Positions 1 through 10,627 of a stretch of 64,000 nt of DNA are shown piece by piece. A program made the translations under genes and the position numbers. Each line of letters begins with the position of its first letter. Position 1 is the first letter of the stretch. Origin of the DNA: an uncultured Phycisphaerales bacterium (GTDB lineage Bacteria > Planctomycetota > Phycisphaerae > Tepidisphaerales > Tepidisphaeraceae); the NCBI GenBank assembly GCA_963758525.1, contig CAVWVQ010000002.1, forward strand, positions 256,001 to 320,000, given 5' to 3'. The notes beneath the pieces were generated by a model, which did not search any database, was not told the origin of the DNA, and worked only from the letters and a program-made list of their open reading frames with translations.

Positions 1-468
1 CGCGCCACGCAGGTGCAGGTCTCCCCTGATGGGAAGCTGCTCCTCACCGGCTCCGCCGACAACCTGGTCCGCCTCTGGGATTTCAACACCGGCGCGCTGC
101 TGAGTGAATTGTCGGGCCACACCGACCGCACCGTCACCGCCGCGTTTAATGCCGATGCGTCGCAGATCATCTCCGCCGACTGGCTCGGGAACGTCCGCAT
201 GTGGGACACGGCCACCAGAAAGTGCATCCTTAACTACAACACGAGCAACAGCCGTGTGGAATTCGTCCGACTCTCCCCCACCGGCGATCGATTCGCCGAG
301 GGAGATATCCAGGGCGCGATCACGATCTTCGACACCCCCACCGGCAGAATCCTCGCCCGCTTCGACGCCGAGCAGCACGTTGACGACGGCGACTGGTCCG
401 CCGACGGCGCCCGCTTCCTCACCGGCGGCTCCGACCGAACCGTCCGGCTCTGGTCCGTGCCACGGTAG
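1..468 (+). CDS. WD40-repeat protein, C-terminal part (5' end outside the window)
   Basis: Repeated motifs such as SPDGKLLLTGSADNLVRLWD, GHTDRTV, and TGGSDRTVRLW. Confidence 0.85.
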   Translation, partial: RATQVQVSPDGKLLLTGSADNLVRLWDFNTGALLSELSGHTDRTVTAAFNADASQIISADWLGNVRMWDTATRKCILNYNTSNSRVEFVRLSPTGDRFAEGDIQGAITIFDTPTGRILARFDAEQHVDDGDWSADGARFLTGGSDRTVRLWSVPR

Positions 469-793
469 AGCGCCACGGCGCGCTTGATCGTTACCACAGG
501 CTGCAGATGCCCCTCTGTTCAAAAAACCCTCTTCTCCGCGCAGCAGCCGAGTTTGCGCGGATACATGTCCCCTCCCGCGTGCGCAGCACTCCGAATTCTT
601 TAGCCGCCTCGCTCGCGAGGCGTGTCCAGTTGCGCAATTATCATAAATGGCGCCAGTCTGAGGATCCGCGCAACGGGCCACGCCTCGCAAGCAAGGCGGC
701 TAAAGAATTCGGAGTGCTGCGCACACCCATCATCATCACAGATCCCGTCTCAATACCGTTGCAACTCCGTCAATCTCCGCCCACACTCGGGCG

Positions 794-2032
794 ATGCTCC
801 GTGCAATGAGCATTCTTCTGCTGCTGATCCTCGCCGGCCGCGGCGCAAGCGCAGCCGCGCCCGTGATCGCCCTTCCCAATCAGCCTCCGACGCCCGGAAT
901 CACCGGAGACTGGGGCGGGTATCGCAGCAAGCTCGTGAGCGACGGCCTCACCGTCGCCGCGGCGGTGTACGAAGATTATTCCAAAAATTTCCAGGGCGGC
1001 ATCAGCACTTCCAACTACGCGAGCCGCGACTTTTTCGATCTCGACATCACCTTCACGACCGACCAGCTCCTCCCCTGGCACGGTGGGACATTCTTCTTCA
1101 ACTTCCTCGACCACGAAGGCGCCGACGGCACCACCACCCTCACCGGCGACGCCCAGGGCTTCGACAACCAGGACGGCCCGCGCAGCGATCAGATTTATCA
1201 ACTCTACTTCCAGCAGATGTTCGACCACGACCAGTTTCGCCTGAAGGTCGGCCGAATCGATTCCACCACTGACTTCGCCTACACCGCCAATGGCGTTTCG
1301 TTCCTGGGATCGAGCTTCGGCTACAGCCCCGCCATCACGTTGTTTCCAACATACCCCGATCCCGCTTTGGGCGCTGTCCTCTTCTGGACCCCCAACGACA
1401 ATCTCTACGCCACCGGCGGCGTGTCGTACGCCAACCGCTCCGACCGCAGCGGCATTCTCTCCGGAGCGCCTTATCGCGTGCGGGACACTTCCGGCGGCGT
1501 CTTCGTCGCCCTCGAAGTCGGCACGAAGTGGACCATCGACTCCGGCAAACTGCCCGGCCGATTTGCGGTCGGCGGCTATCACCACACCGGCGCTTTCCGT
1601 CGATTTGACGACGTCGATCAGACCGGCGCGAGCGGAATGTTCGCCGTCTTCGACCAGACCCTTTTGCAGACCCAGTTCGTCGATCCCCCTAACGGCGCCG
1701 CCGCTACGGGCCTCGGCCTCTTCGCGCAATACGGCCTCGCCGACGCCGACGTCAACATAATCGATCAACACGTTGGCTCCGGCCTGCAATGGACCGGCCC
1801 CATTCCCACCACGGCCCGCGCTACCGATGTGCTTGGCCTGGGCGCATCCTTCGTCCATTTCAGCCATCAAGCCGCGTTGCCTCACGATCACGAATTGGCC
1901 ATCGAAACCTTCTACAAGTTGCAAATCACTCCCTGGTTCAACCTCCAGCCGGACCTGCAATACATTCTCCATCCCAGCGGCAACCGCCCCGACGCGCTCG
2001 TCGGAACCATCCGCGCCGAACTCGATTTCTGA
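794..2032 (+). CDS. Carbohydrate-selective porin, OprB family
   Basis: Signal peptide; TGDWGGYRSKL N-terminal motif; C-terminal ETFYKLQITPWFNLQPDLQYILHPSG ending in F. Confidence 0.85.
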   Translation: MLRAMSILLLLILAGRGASAAAPVIALPNQPPTPGITGDWGGYRSKLVSDGLTVAAAVYEDYSKNFQGGISTSNYASRDFFDLDITFTTDQLLPWHGGTFFFNFLDHEGADGTTTLTGDAQGFDNQDGPRSDQIYQLYFQQMFDHDQFRLKVGRIDSTTDFAYTANGVSFLGSSFGYSPAITLFPTYPDPALGAVLFWTPNDNLYATGGVSYANRSDRSGILSGAPYRVRDTSGGVFVALEVGTKWTIDSGKLPGRFAVGGYHHTGAFRRFDDVDQTGASGMFAVFDQTLLQTQFVDPPNGAAATGLGLFAQYGLADADVNIIDQHVGSGLQWTGPIPTTARATDVLGLGASFVHFSHQAALPHDHELAIETFYKLQITPWFNLQPDLQYILHPSGNRPDALVGTIRAELDF

Positions 2033-2118
2033 GGAGCAAAGGCCGTCTGGGCTGTGGCCCCAAATCACAGCCATGACGGCGCCGTGACGGCTGTGCTGCA
2101 GGGGAATCGCCCTGCCTA

Positions 2119-2562
2119 CTAACGATGACGTTCTGTGGCCGGCAACGCGACGCGCCGAGGAACGTTTGAATGGAGAACAAAGTAACGACGCGACGCGGGC
2201 CGTGACCGCGGGGTTCCTGAAGCCGTGCGGGCGTAAGCCGACGCGTGCGGCGCGTGGCTTGGTACGTGGGCGGTGGCCGCAGCGTGGCCGGCGGCCCTGG
2301 CAGCCGCGCATGCGATGGGTGAAGCCGCTGCCCGAGCCGCCGCGTGGGCAGCGAACGCGGCGCGTCGTGCTTCGGAGACCTTGATTTCGCCTCGTGCCCA
2401 TGCGCGGGCCGCTTCGATGGCCTGGCGAGGCCGAGTGTCGCCGGGACATGCTTCCTCAAATCGCCACAGCACGCGCTCGGCATCTGACGCCGCTGCGAGT
2501 GCCAGTGCCCGATGCTCAGGCGGCGTGACCGCTGGGGTGAGGTTGGGCGTTCTCTGCCGCAT
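2119..2562 (-). CDS. Imm5-like putative immunity protein in an orphan, decayed gene cassette
   Basis: DTRPRQAIEAARAWARGE and AARAAGHAAATAHV motifs; ATG at 2562 next to a partial copy of the array repeat site; 3' end runs into an attC remnant. Confidence 0.6.
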   Translation of the reverse strand: MRQRTPNLTPAVTPPEHRALALAAASDAERVLWRFEEACPGDTRPRQAIEAARAWARGEIKVSEARRAAFAAHAAARAAASPIACAAARAAGHAAATAHVPSHAPHASAYARTASGTPRSRPASRRYFVLHSNVPRRVALPATERHR

Positions 2563-2707
2563 ACCGAAGAGCACTTTATCCAGCGTGCGGCAGAAAACCA
2601 TGGCCAGACGGAAGCGGTGCGTCGCACGCCAACCAATCCGAGGCACGCCCCGCCGTTGGAAGTCTTGACCTTTCTTCGTTTTTCGCCCCACCCCTGCCAT
2701 GTTCGGC

Positions 2708-4669
2708 TTACTTCGCTTCATTCAATTCCAGCCGCACGTAGTCATACAGCACGCCATCGGTCCATGCTCGGACGTGCTTGGTCAAGGTGATGATGTTTTC
2801 CCCTTGCTTGAAGAGGGACGCGTCAAACTTCAGGTTCACTTCAGTCAGCGCATCGGAACGGATCCCGTCGCGATGCATGACTCCGGATTCGGGCAGGTCG
2901 CCCGTGGTTCCGATCGATTGGCCGTTCAGCGCCGCGTCAACCGGGCCGCCGCGGGCTCCGCAGATCGCCAGCCGCAGGACGCCGGTTCCCTTCGGAACGT
3001 GGTCCATATTAAATCGGATGTGCCACGTCGTGTCCTGCCATTTACCGTTACCCGCGGGACGCGGCGGCTGGCAATAGTTCCAATCCTTGTGCCAATCGCT
3101 CTTCCCGATGACGAAGTCGACGTCGTTTGGAAATTCCGTCGGATAGAGGTTGTACAAGCCCCACTGCCAGTATTCGTTGCCATGTCGAAATTCCGCGGCC
3201 GTTCGATCCGGAACCCCGATATCCCAAAGCTGCTGGCCGTAGCGCAGCGGCGTCCAGGTCAGCTCCCCTACATCGGTCGTCCTGCCCGCCTCAACCTTTA
3301 CCCCCTCATGGCTGAACGTCCCCAGCACCCCGTCCACAAATGCATAGAGCGTATATGTTCCCGGCCGCGCGTTGGGAATCGTAAAACGCCCCGCGGTGTC
3401 CGCCTGCACCCAATATTGATAGTGCTTCCCATCAAGCTGCCAGTCCATCGTCATCATCGACCCTTTGTTCCCGAGCGCCGCCTGATATGGCGGCTGCGCC
3501 AGCCCCACCCATGCCCCGGCAGCGGTTGGCTTGGGACTCTGCGGCGCCAGAGGATCGTGAATCGAGAGGACGCCGCTGGCGCTCCCGCGCTCCTGTGCGT
3601 GTTCGAATCCGGGGATGTCCGCCCACGCATACGGCCAAGCCTTCTTCTCCTGCGCCGCCCGCGCCTTGGCGTCTTCCCACATCGCCTGCGGGGTGTTACC
3701 GGTGTTGCAATAGATCAGGAACGGCCCCACCGTCTTCTGCCACTGCTCATCGGCCGCAAGCGCAATTCCACGCCCGCCATAGTGCGGACTCTGCCAGATG
3801 AACAACAGTGTCGGATCGGCCGGCAGTGACGCTTTGACATCGAGATGCCCGACATAATCCGTCATCGTCGCCGGACCATTCAGGTATTCGATGCTCGGAT
3901 TCACGATGAACATGCCCACCTTCCGCGTCGTGCTGCTCCAGCCCCATGCCGGCGTCTTTGCGAACAGAACCGAATAGTCGTATTTGTGCTCCACCTCTCC
4001 CTTGCGAATGCCCGTGTTCATCCGCCGCGCTTCCCACAAGTTCAACTGCGTGCCCTTGACCCAATCTTCCGGCGTCACCATGTGCCGCTGCTTCTCATCG
4101 CCGGCCGAGAGGAAGTCGAACACATCTGGATTGAGCTTCCAGCAGACCGTGTTGACCCCATCGTTGAATGCCGGATACCCCGCCTTATGCACGAGCGTCT
4201 CCGAGCCGTAGATCCCTGAGTCGCCGCGACTGAGCGTATAGCGGATCTCCAGGTCCAGAGGCTCGACATCCGCCTCGCCTTTGTATGGAAACCCAAGCAC
4301 GATCTCGCCGATCGCCCCGCCATTTTTTGCCGGGTCCTTGGTCACCGTGTAGCTGGCCGGATGTCCCTTGTTCTGCGCTGGCTTTTCCCCTGGCTCTGAC
4401 CCGTAGACATTCCAATACGCCCCGCCGCGGCTGAGCATATCGAGGCCGCGATACCGCAGTGAGATCAGATTGCCGCTGGGTTTGCTGACTTTCACGGTAA
4501 GGATGCCGTTATCCAGCGTGACGGTGTCGGCGTCGTCGGTGATTGTTACGCCGCCGCCCGCCGCGGCAGGCGATGCCGCAACATCCGCGGCGGCGCGAGC
4601 CGTGGTCGGCCTGTCAATCAGAAACAGCGTCAAAACCAGCAAAAGCAGTCGGCGAGCGGTAAGGTTCAT
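2708..4669 (-). CDS. Rhamnogalacturonan lyase (PL4)-like protein
   Basis: Signal peptide; VTLDNGILTVKV, GEVEHKYDYS, YQYWVQAD, WDIGVPDRTAAEF, DWHKDWNY and LYDYVRLE motifs. Confidence 0.85.
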   Translation of the reverse strand: MNLTARRLLLLVLTLFLIDRPTTARAAADVAASPAAAGGGVTITDDADTVTLDNGILTVKVSKPSGNLISLRYRGLDMLSRGGAYWNVYGSEPGEKPAQNKGHPASYTVTKDPAKNGGAIGEIVLGFPYKGEADVEPLDLEIRYTLSRGDSGIYGSETLVHKAGYPAFNDGVNTVCWKLNPDVFDFLSAGDEKQRHMVTPEDWVKGTQLNLWEARRMNTGIRKGEVEHKYDYSVLFAKTPAWGWSSTTRKVGMFIVNPSIEYLNGPATMTDYVGHLDVKASLPADPTLLFIWQSPHYGGRGIALAADEQWQKTVGPFLIYCNTGNTPQAMWEDAKARAAQEKKAWPYAWADIPGFEHAQERGSASGVLSIHDPLAPQSPKPTAAGAWVGLAQPPYQAALGNKGSMMTMDWQLDGKHYQYWVQADTAGRFTIPNARPGTYTLYAFVDGVLGTFSHEGVKVEAGRTTDVGELTWTPLRYGQQLWDIGVPDRTAAEFRHGNEYWQWGLYNLYPTEFPNDVDFVIGKSDWHKDWNYCQPPRPAGNGKWQDTTWHIRFNMDHVPKGTGVLRLAICGARGGPVDAALNGQSIGTTGDLPESGVMHRDGIRSDALTEVNLKFDASLFKQGENIITLTKHVRAWTDGVLYDYVRLELNEAK

Positions 4670-4702
4670 CGTCCTCTGTATATTTCCCGCCCGCTTCAGT
4701 GT

Positions 4703-5097
4703 TTAACTCAACCCCGCCGGCAGCAAGCTTTCTCGGGAAATCAGAGACACCCTTTTCCCGCGCCCGAACCAGATGATTTCGAAGGGCTCCGTATCCTCCA
4801 CCGTGATGACGACCCTGCGGTGGTGCCGACGTTGAACTCGCGCAATGCGCTCTTCTCTCCGCCGCTCCAGCCCCCGCCGTGGATGATGACGACGGCCGGC
4901 GAGCGGACGGACTTGTTGCGTCCCGCCGGCAGATACAGGTCGAGCTTCTCCGCCCGATCTGGCGCGAGGTACGAGACGTTCTGCTCGATGACGACGCCCT
5001 CGGGCGCGGGAGGCAGCGGCCTGGGGTCGGCGGCGGCGAGGAGTGCGGCATGGGCGAAGCTGCAGAGCAACAGGGCGATCAGATGCCAGCGGTTCAT
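4703..5097 (-). pseudogene. Truncated alpha/beta-hydrolase (esterase) fragment joined to an unrelated gene tail
   Basis: KLDLYLP...PAVVIIHGGGWSGG, then similarity is lost after about 90 aa with no GxSxG. Confidence 0.6.
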
Positions 5098-5349
5098 AAG
5101 CGATCCCTTCGAATCGAAAATCGTTCGGACGAGGGCGCTCATATCGCGGCCCACGCCTGCGCACGCTTTCGTGGCGCTTGTGACGCTTTCGTAGCGCTTC
5201 GTGGCACTGCCGTCGCATCCGTGGGTGCGGTTCTCAGCAACCCGCGGCTCAAATCAGAATGCGGATGTACTCCCGCGGCCAATGGCTTTAACATCGCCGC
5301 ATTCGCGTCAGCAGTAGCCACTCGCTGCTGGCGACATACCAGGAACCAA

Positions 5350-7248
5350 ATGCCTCGTTACTCCACCTGCCTCGCACTGGGTGCGCTCGCGCTAATCGCG
5401 TGCCAGGTTCGTGCCGAGCCTGTTACCGGATACCTTGAGCTCGACCCTGCCAGAATCGCAAGCATCGCCGCCATGCTGCCCAGTGCGCCGACTGGCATTG
5501 GCAGACCCATTTCCGATCGCACGTACTGGAACTCCCCCGCAATCCGCGACCTTGCCGGCGACCCGATTCCCCAGGCAGAGAAATTGCTCGCTCGTCCCTT
5601 CCCGGCCTGGAGCGATGATGATTACCTCGATTTCTCCCGCACCGGGCAGCGCCCGCGCGGGGAAGCCATGATCCGGTCGAGAAATGCGTGGCTCAAACCC
5701 CTGGTGCTTGCCGAGTGTCTCGAAAACAAGGGGCGCTTTCTTCCCGCGATCCGCCTGGCCCTCCAAGGCTACGTTTCTCAACCCACCTGGACGCTGCCCG
5801 CCCACGACGGCGACCTGAAATGCTTCCATCAGACGAAATTCACAGTCGATCTGGGTGCGTCCTCTTTCGGAGCGGATCTCGCCGAAACGGTCTGGCTGCT
5901 GGAAGATAAACTGGACGCGGGCTTGCGCCAGCGGTTGATCGATGCTATCGACCAGCGATGCCTGATTCCAGTCCGGCAGTCGCTTGCAACCGGAGCAGGC
6001 AATGGGTGGCTTGGGAGCGCCTCCCATTCGGTCGTGAATAATTGGAATGCCGTATGCCTCTCCGGAGTAGTTGGAGCGGCGCTGGCGATCACTCCCGATC
6101 GCCAGGAGCGCGCGACCTTCGCCGCCGCGGGCGAGCACTATATCAACTACTATCTCAACAGCTTTCACCCCAGCGGTTACATCGATGAGGGCGGCGGTTA
6201 CTGGAGCTACGGCTTTGGCCATCTGGCCGTGCTGCGAGAAACTCTAGTGCGGGCAACGGCAGGGCAAATCGATCTGTTCGATTTACCCCGCATTCACGAG
6301 TCAGCGCTATTTGGCCCGAGGTACCAACTCACCGACCACCAGATGCCCACCTTCGCCGATTGCCGATGGGGGACGCGTGCGGACGCCAGTTTAATAGGCT
6401 ACTACAACAAAGTGCTGAATCTTCAACTTCCCGATGCCGATGCGCACCCGAAACTGGTCGGGGGCTCGCTCTATTCCGCGCTTCTCACCCCGACTCCCCT
6501 GTCCCGCCCTCCGCAAAACAACCCACGGAGCGAACCCGACCTCATCGGCATCCGATCCTACTTCAATGATGTGGGAGTGCTTGTATCGCGGCCATCGAGT
6601 CCGCAATGCGAAATGGGCGTGGCCATCAAGGCCGGTGGAAACAGCAGCCACAGTCACAACGATATTGGTTCTTTCGTCATCACCCTCGGCAAGGAGATGC
6701 CCGTGGGCGATCCCGGCGGTCCCTTCGCCTACGACAGCAAAACGTTCGGACCCGACCGATATAAGGTCAAACTGCTCAATTCCTTCGGCCATCCTGTTCC
6801 GGTCGTAGCAGGCCAATTGCAACGCGATGCCACGAAAGTCAAACCCAAAGTGTTGCACACTGATTTCACCGACGATCACGATGAAATCACCATCGACTTG
6901 ACCCCCGCATATGACGCACCCGGCCTCATCAGCCTCAAGCGCACCCTGCGATACCAGCGTGGCGGAACCGGATCAGTCATCCTTCGCGATGAAGTAGCCT
7001 TCAGTCAGGAATCAACCTTCGAACCGGCCCTGACAACGCACGGCACCGTTACAGTGCTGGACGACCGGCACCTGCTCTTCACCCAGGGCAGCCAGCATCT
7101 GCTGGCAGCGATTACCACCCCCGATGGATTCAAGATCACCACCGAGCAGATCACCGACCTGGCCGCGCCCACCTTCACGCGCGTCGGTTTTGTTCTTTCC
7201 AAGCCCGTGAAGTCGGCCACCGTTCAATTTGACTTCACGAAACAGTAG
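5350..7248 (+). CDS. Heparinase II/III-like polysaccharide lyase
   Basis: ATG at 5350 after AGGA; signal peptide; NNWNAVC, EGGGYWSYG, SHSHNDIGSF and NSFGHPVPVV motifs. Confidence 0.8.
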   Translation: MPRYSTCLALGALALIACQVRAEPVTGYLELDPARIASIAAMLPSAPTGIGRPISDRTYWNSPAIRDLAGDPIPQAEKLLARPFPAWSDDDYLDFSRTGQRPRGEAMIRSRNAWLKPLVLAECLENKGRFLPAIRLALQGYVSQPTWTLPAHDGDLKCFHQTKFTVDLGASSFGADLAETVWLLEDKLDAGLRQRLIDAIDQRCLIPVRQSLATGAGNGWLGSASHSVVNNWNAVCLSGVVGAALAITPDRQERATFAAAGEHYINYYLNSFHPSGYIDEGGGYWSYGFGHLAVLRETLVRATAGQIDLFDLPRIHESALFGPRYQLTDHQMPTFADCRWGTRADASLIGYYNKVLNLQLPDADAHPKLVGGSLYSALLTPTPLSRPPQNNPRSEPDLIGIRSYFNDVGVLVSRPSSPQCEMGVAIKAGGNSSHSHNDIGSFVITLGKEMPVGDPGGPFAYDSKTFGPDRYKVKLLNSFGHPVPVVAGQLQRDATKVKPKVLHTDFTDDHDEITIDLTPAYDAPGLISLKRTLRYQRGGTGSVILRDEVAFSQESTFEPALTTHGTVTVLDDRHLLFTQGSQHLLAAITTPDGFKITTEQITDLAAPTFTRVGFVLSKPVKSATVQFDFTKQ

Positions 7249-7412
7249 ATGGCCGCGCGGGACGAATTTGATTCGGCCGGCGCGGATCCTAAAAGCGCTT
7301 TTAACGCAGCCATCCATGGCCCCCGGTCAACCGTTTGGGAGTCCTCGCTCTTCTGCTGAATCGGCGGTATTGGTTGCAGGCATGAATTGAACAAACTTCG
7401 CGGGATTTGCCT

Positions 7413-8612
7413 TCATTTGCGACCAGCATCTTTGAACCCCCGCCCAAACCCTTCGATCCACCAGTGGTTCGCGTGGAGGCTCGTTTCGCGGGATGAATTC
7501 TGCCAATTCGAAAGGCCCCACGTCCACTTCTGCAGGATCGAATCAAAGGAGTCGCTCGCCAGATCGTACTTCAGTGAGCGGTCGTAATTCATCGATGCCC
7601 AGCCGCCAACGTCGACGCCCTTGTAGGTCCAGACGCACCAGCTCCAGCCAAGATCGTTGTACGCGTTGGCCAGCTCGGCGGCGGAATCGGCGGTGTCCTG
7701 CGGCGCCTTGGTTTCGCCAATGAAGATGGGAACCTGCACGTCGGCACGTGCGCTGATTTTGTGCTGACGGTCGAACTTTTTCATTCGATCCCGCATGCCG
7801 CCGGTCTTCAGGACGTTCTCAGGATAATGCGCCGACCAGACGATGTTGCTCCATCCCGTCCCGGCAATGCTGCCGTAGTCGACCGATTCAAAGATCAGCA
7901 TCCGCTGCGGATCTTCCTGCCGGATGGCGTTGTAGAACGCCCATTGCAGCGCGTTGCCCGGCGAACCCTCTGGCTCGTTGATGACATCAAACCCGGCGAT
8001 GGTTGAGCTGCCGCGATAGTGATGGGCCACCTGTTTCCACAGCGCCGCCATCTGGGCGCGGGCGGCATCACCTGCGGGTGTGATGCGGGAGATGACGTGA
8101 TACTCGCCAGGCCAGATGTGAAGATCGAAGATCACATATAGATCACGCCGTTGCGCTTCGCGCACCACCCAGTCCATGCGCGAATAATCGATGTTGCCCT
8201 CGCCATCGCGCTTCCACGTGCCATCCGCGTTCTGCAGGGTGCGGTAACTGAAAGGAACGCGAAGCAGGTTGCAGCCGTATTTCTGAATCAAGTCCAGATC
8301 CGCGGTGGTGAACCAGTTGTCCTGCCAGGCGTTCATCAGCGCGGCCGCCCTCTTTGGCCCAAACCGATTTTCCAGTTGCTCCAGCGCCAGTCTGCCGCCA
8401 TCGTCGGTCTGCCCGCACATCCAGGATTCGGTGACAAGCCAACCCCCAACGTTCACCCCGCGGAGCTGTACGACGGCATCGCTGCTGTCGCGAATCTGCC
8501 GGCCCTGCGCGTGAAGAGGCAGAACGCTCTGCCCAGGACACGTCCATGGCACCAACACAAAGAGCGCGAAGCACCTCCAACTCGGCTTTCCGATGAACCA
8601 TCCCATCTGCAC
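7413..8612 (-). CDS. Glycoside hydrolase family 5
   Basis: LRGVNVGGWLVTESWM, LLRVPFSY, INEP (acid/base) and IFIGE (nucleophile). Confidence 0.85.
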   Translation of the reverse strand: MQMGWFIGKPSWRCFALFVLVPWTCPGQSVLPLHAQGRQIRDSSDAVVQLRGVNVGGWLVTESWMCGQTDDGGRLALEQLENRFGPKRAAALMNAWQDNWFTTADLDLIQKYGCNLLRVPFSYRTLQNADGTWKRDGEGNIDYSRMDWVVREAQRRDLYVIFDLHIWPGEYHVISRITPAGDAARAQMAALWKQVAHHYRGSSTIAGFDVINEPEGSPGNALQWAFYNAIRQEDPQRMLIFESVDYGSIAGTGWSNIVWSAHYPENVLKTGGMRDRMKKFDRQHKISARADVQVPIFIGETKAPQDTADSAAELANAYNDLGWSWCVWTYKGVDVGGWASMNYDRSLKYDLASDSFDSILQKWTWGLSNWQNSSRETSLHANHWWIEGFGRGFKDAGRK

Positions 8613-8637
8613 AACAATATCATGGAGCGGAACGCGC

Positions 8638-9612
8638 TTACTCTCTCGGCAACTCCAGCGGAGGTCGCACGGAGACGGCCTGCGTTGTCGGGAAGTCCTG
8701 CGGCACGGGAACCGTGACCGGCCGCTTGGCCAGCCACTGCAGCGCTCGCATGATCAACACCTGCTCGTCAACAGCCAACAAATCAACAGGCTGGCTTGTC
8801 GGCGACTCATCTCCCCACACGTGCCCAAATGATGACGCGTACACCCGGCCCTCCCCATAGGTGACGGTCCACTCCAGTGGCCAGTACTCTTTCGACTTCG
8901 GATCTTGCCCGTACGAAAGCACCTCGACGTTCGCTGCCGGTCCCCGTGCATACGCATAGACTTCCAGCTTGGGCGTCATCCAGAGCGGCGGCAGACCTTG
9001 ATGAATCGGATTGTTGGGCAACGAGTGAACCAAAACATCGCTCCGTGCCGCGTGCCCGGTGCCTTTTCCTTGACCCGCGGGGATCCGTGTTATGCGCCCA
9101 TCCTCGGTCATTTGCAGGGCCGTGCCATAGCTCGCAGGCCGCCATCCCAGTCCGATGATGTCGTTGTACTCCGGCCAGTCAGGAAAAGCGTTGTTCGCGG
9201 AGTGGAAGATAAACACACCGCCGCCACCTTTGACAAAAGAAACAAAATCCCGCTTCACCTGCTCTGACCATTGAGGCGCGTGCGGCTGGTGGATGTCGTT
9301 ACAGGTCTGGATGATCACATCGGCATGACTGAAATCCGGCTTCCACGGCGCGGCGTCAGCCGCCGTAACCGGCGGGATCGTGGATACCGATACATCGAAA
9401 AGCCCCGAAGGCTCGAGAATGGCGCGGAGCATCCTGGTATTGAGTTTCCAGTTGTGGTTGGAGAATCCGTCCAGAATGAGCACGCGGATCTTGCCCGGCT
9501 TCGTGCCCGCGATGTTCGGCGCGGTCGTAGGCATCTCTTGGGCCAGAACGGTGAGTACAATCCCGCAGATCAGAACGAGGCAACCGCTTACAAGCAAAGA
9601 ATTTCGCAGCAT
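8638..9612 (-). CDS. ThuA-like (trehalose utilisation / GATase1-like) secreted protein
   Basis: RVLILDGFSNHNW, FVKGGGGVFIFHSA and PLEWTVTYGEGRVYASSFGH; GGAGG RBS. Confidence 0.8.
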   Translation of the reverse strand: MLRNSLLVSGCLVLICGIVLTVLAQEMPTTAPNIAGTKPGKIRVLILDGFSNHNWKLNTRMLRAILEPSGLFDVSVSTIPPVTAADAAPWKPDFSHADVIIQTCNDIHQPHAPQWSEQVKRDFVSFVKGGGGVFIFHSANNAFPDWPEYNDIIGLGWRPASYGTALQMTEDGRITRIPAGQGKGTGHAARSDVLVHSLPNNPIHQGLPPLWMTPKLEVYAYARGPAANVEVLSYGQDPKSKEYWPLEWTVTYGEGRVYASSFGHVWGDESPTSQPVDLLAVDEQVLIMRALQWLAKRPVTVPVPQDFPTTQAVSVRPPLELPRE

Positions 9613-9690
9613 TAACTTCCTCCAGATTTAGTTTCGACGCGACGCGGGGCCATCCAGAGTCGAATACCCGCCGTCGTGGACATAGGCGGG

Positions 9691-10251
9691 TTAGGCCGCA
9701 GCCAGCGGGCGACAGAAGACAAAGCGGTCGGCAGCGCTCCAATGGTGATCGGGTCCCGAGCGATAGCCTCGTAACCAGAGAACGCCTTCGATCCGGCGAA
9801 GGTAGAATCCCTTCGGTGTGGCGTCGTCGCTGGCGAGCTCGCGGGACGCAACCGTTAAGGAGCCGGGCGGCGCTCGGTGCTTTGAAGGTGGATGGCCGAT
9901 GCAGCCCTCGTGTTGGTCCATGTACTGAAGCCTGAGATGCGGAGCGAGTTCCAGAGGGCACAATAACAGACCGCATTCCGCGGCCCGGCCATGAATCTGG
10001 CGAATGCTGGCGCCCTCGGGACAGCCGAGATCGGCAACTGAAAGCTCTACGATTTCGGTATGTGAGACGGCTGGTGACGTGGTGAATTTGTCCTGCGCGA
10101 ACAAAACACGGGCACTTTCGTTGAGTTGGACCTTTGCATCATGGAGTTGAGCCAGCAGATCATCTTTGGTCACTCCGCCCACGCGAATCGTCTTGGCTAC
10201 TGCCGAGCAAATTGCATAATCGCCGACGCCTGGTTTGCAGTGGGAGTTCAT
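9691..10251 (-). CDS. Conserved hypothetical protein (cassette gene)
   Basis: Stop lies in a canonical R'' GCCTAAC; CPLELAPHLRLQY...GFYLRRIEGVLWLRGY looks protein-like. Confidence 0.65.
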   Translation of the reverse strand: MNSHCKPGVGDYAICSAVAKTIRVGGVTKDDLLAQLHDAKVQLNESARVLFAQDKFTTSPAVSHTEIVELSVADLGCPEGASIRQIHGRAAECGLLLCPLELAPHLRLQYMDQHEGCIGHPPSKHRAPPGSLTVASRELASDDATPKGFYLRRIEGVLWLRGYRSGPDHHWSAADRFVFCRPLAAA

Positions 10252-10273
10252 GGCGGCCTGATTGACGGGCACT

Positions 10274-10582
10274 TTATCCAGTCGCCGGTTTGTCGTCCGG
10301 CCACGCAGACAAGGGTAGATTGTACCACGCCTCAGCTTGTCGTTGAGCGTCGGCGACTGTGGAGTGCCAGGTATCGCCAGAGATCGAAGGTTCTGCTGAT
10401 TCGATAACCAGCAAGCAGCCGTCACCCTCGCATTCGATAGTGAACGTCACCCCGACGCTTCGCCGCGGGATTGGCTGCGGAATGGCGGCCCCGGGCGGCA
10501 GCCAGCCTGAGTGTGCTTGACCGCCGAGGGTCACGACGAAGTTAGTCACGCGGCTTACGACGCTCGAAGGCTTCCGCTGCAT
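10274..10582 (-). CDS. Small hypothetical cassette protein
   Basis: Starts GTT-ATG at the cassette boundary; GDTWHSTVADAQRQAEAWY. Confidence 0.55.
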   Translation of the reverse strand: MQRKPSSVVSRVTNFVVTLGGQAHSGWLPPGAAIPQPIPRRSVGVTFTIECEGDGCLLVIESAEPSISGDTWHSTVADAQRQAEAWYNLPLSAWPDDKPATG

Positions 10583-10627
10583 AACGTAAGGCCGATCAGT
10601 AGTGCCGACTCACGAACCACGAGAATC

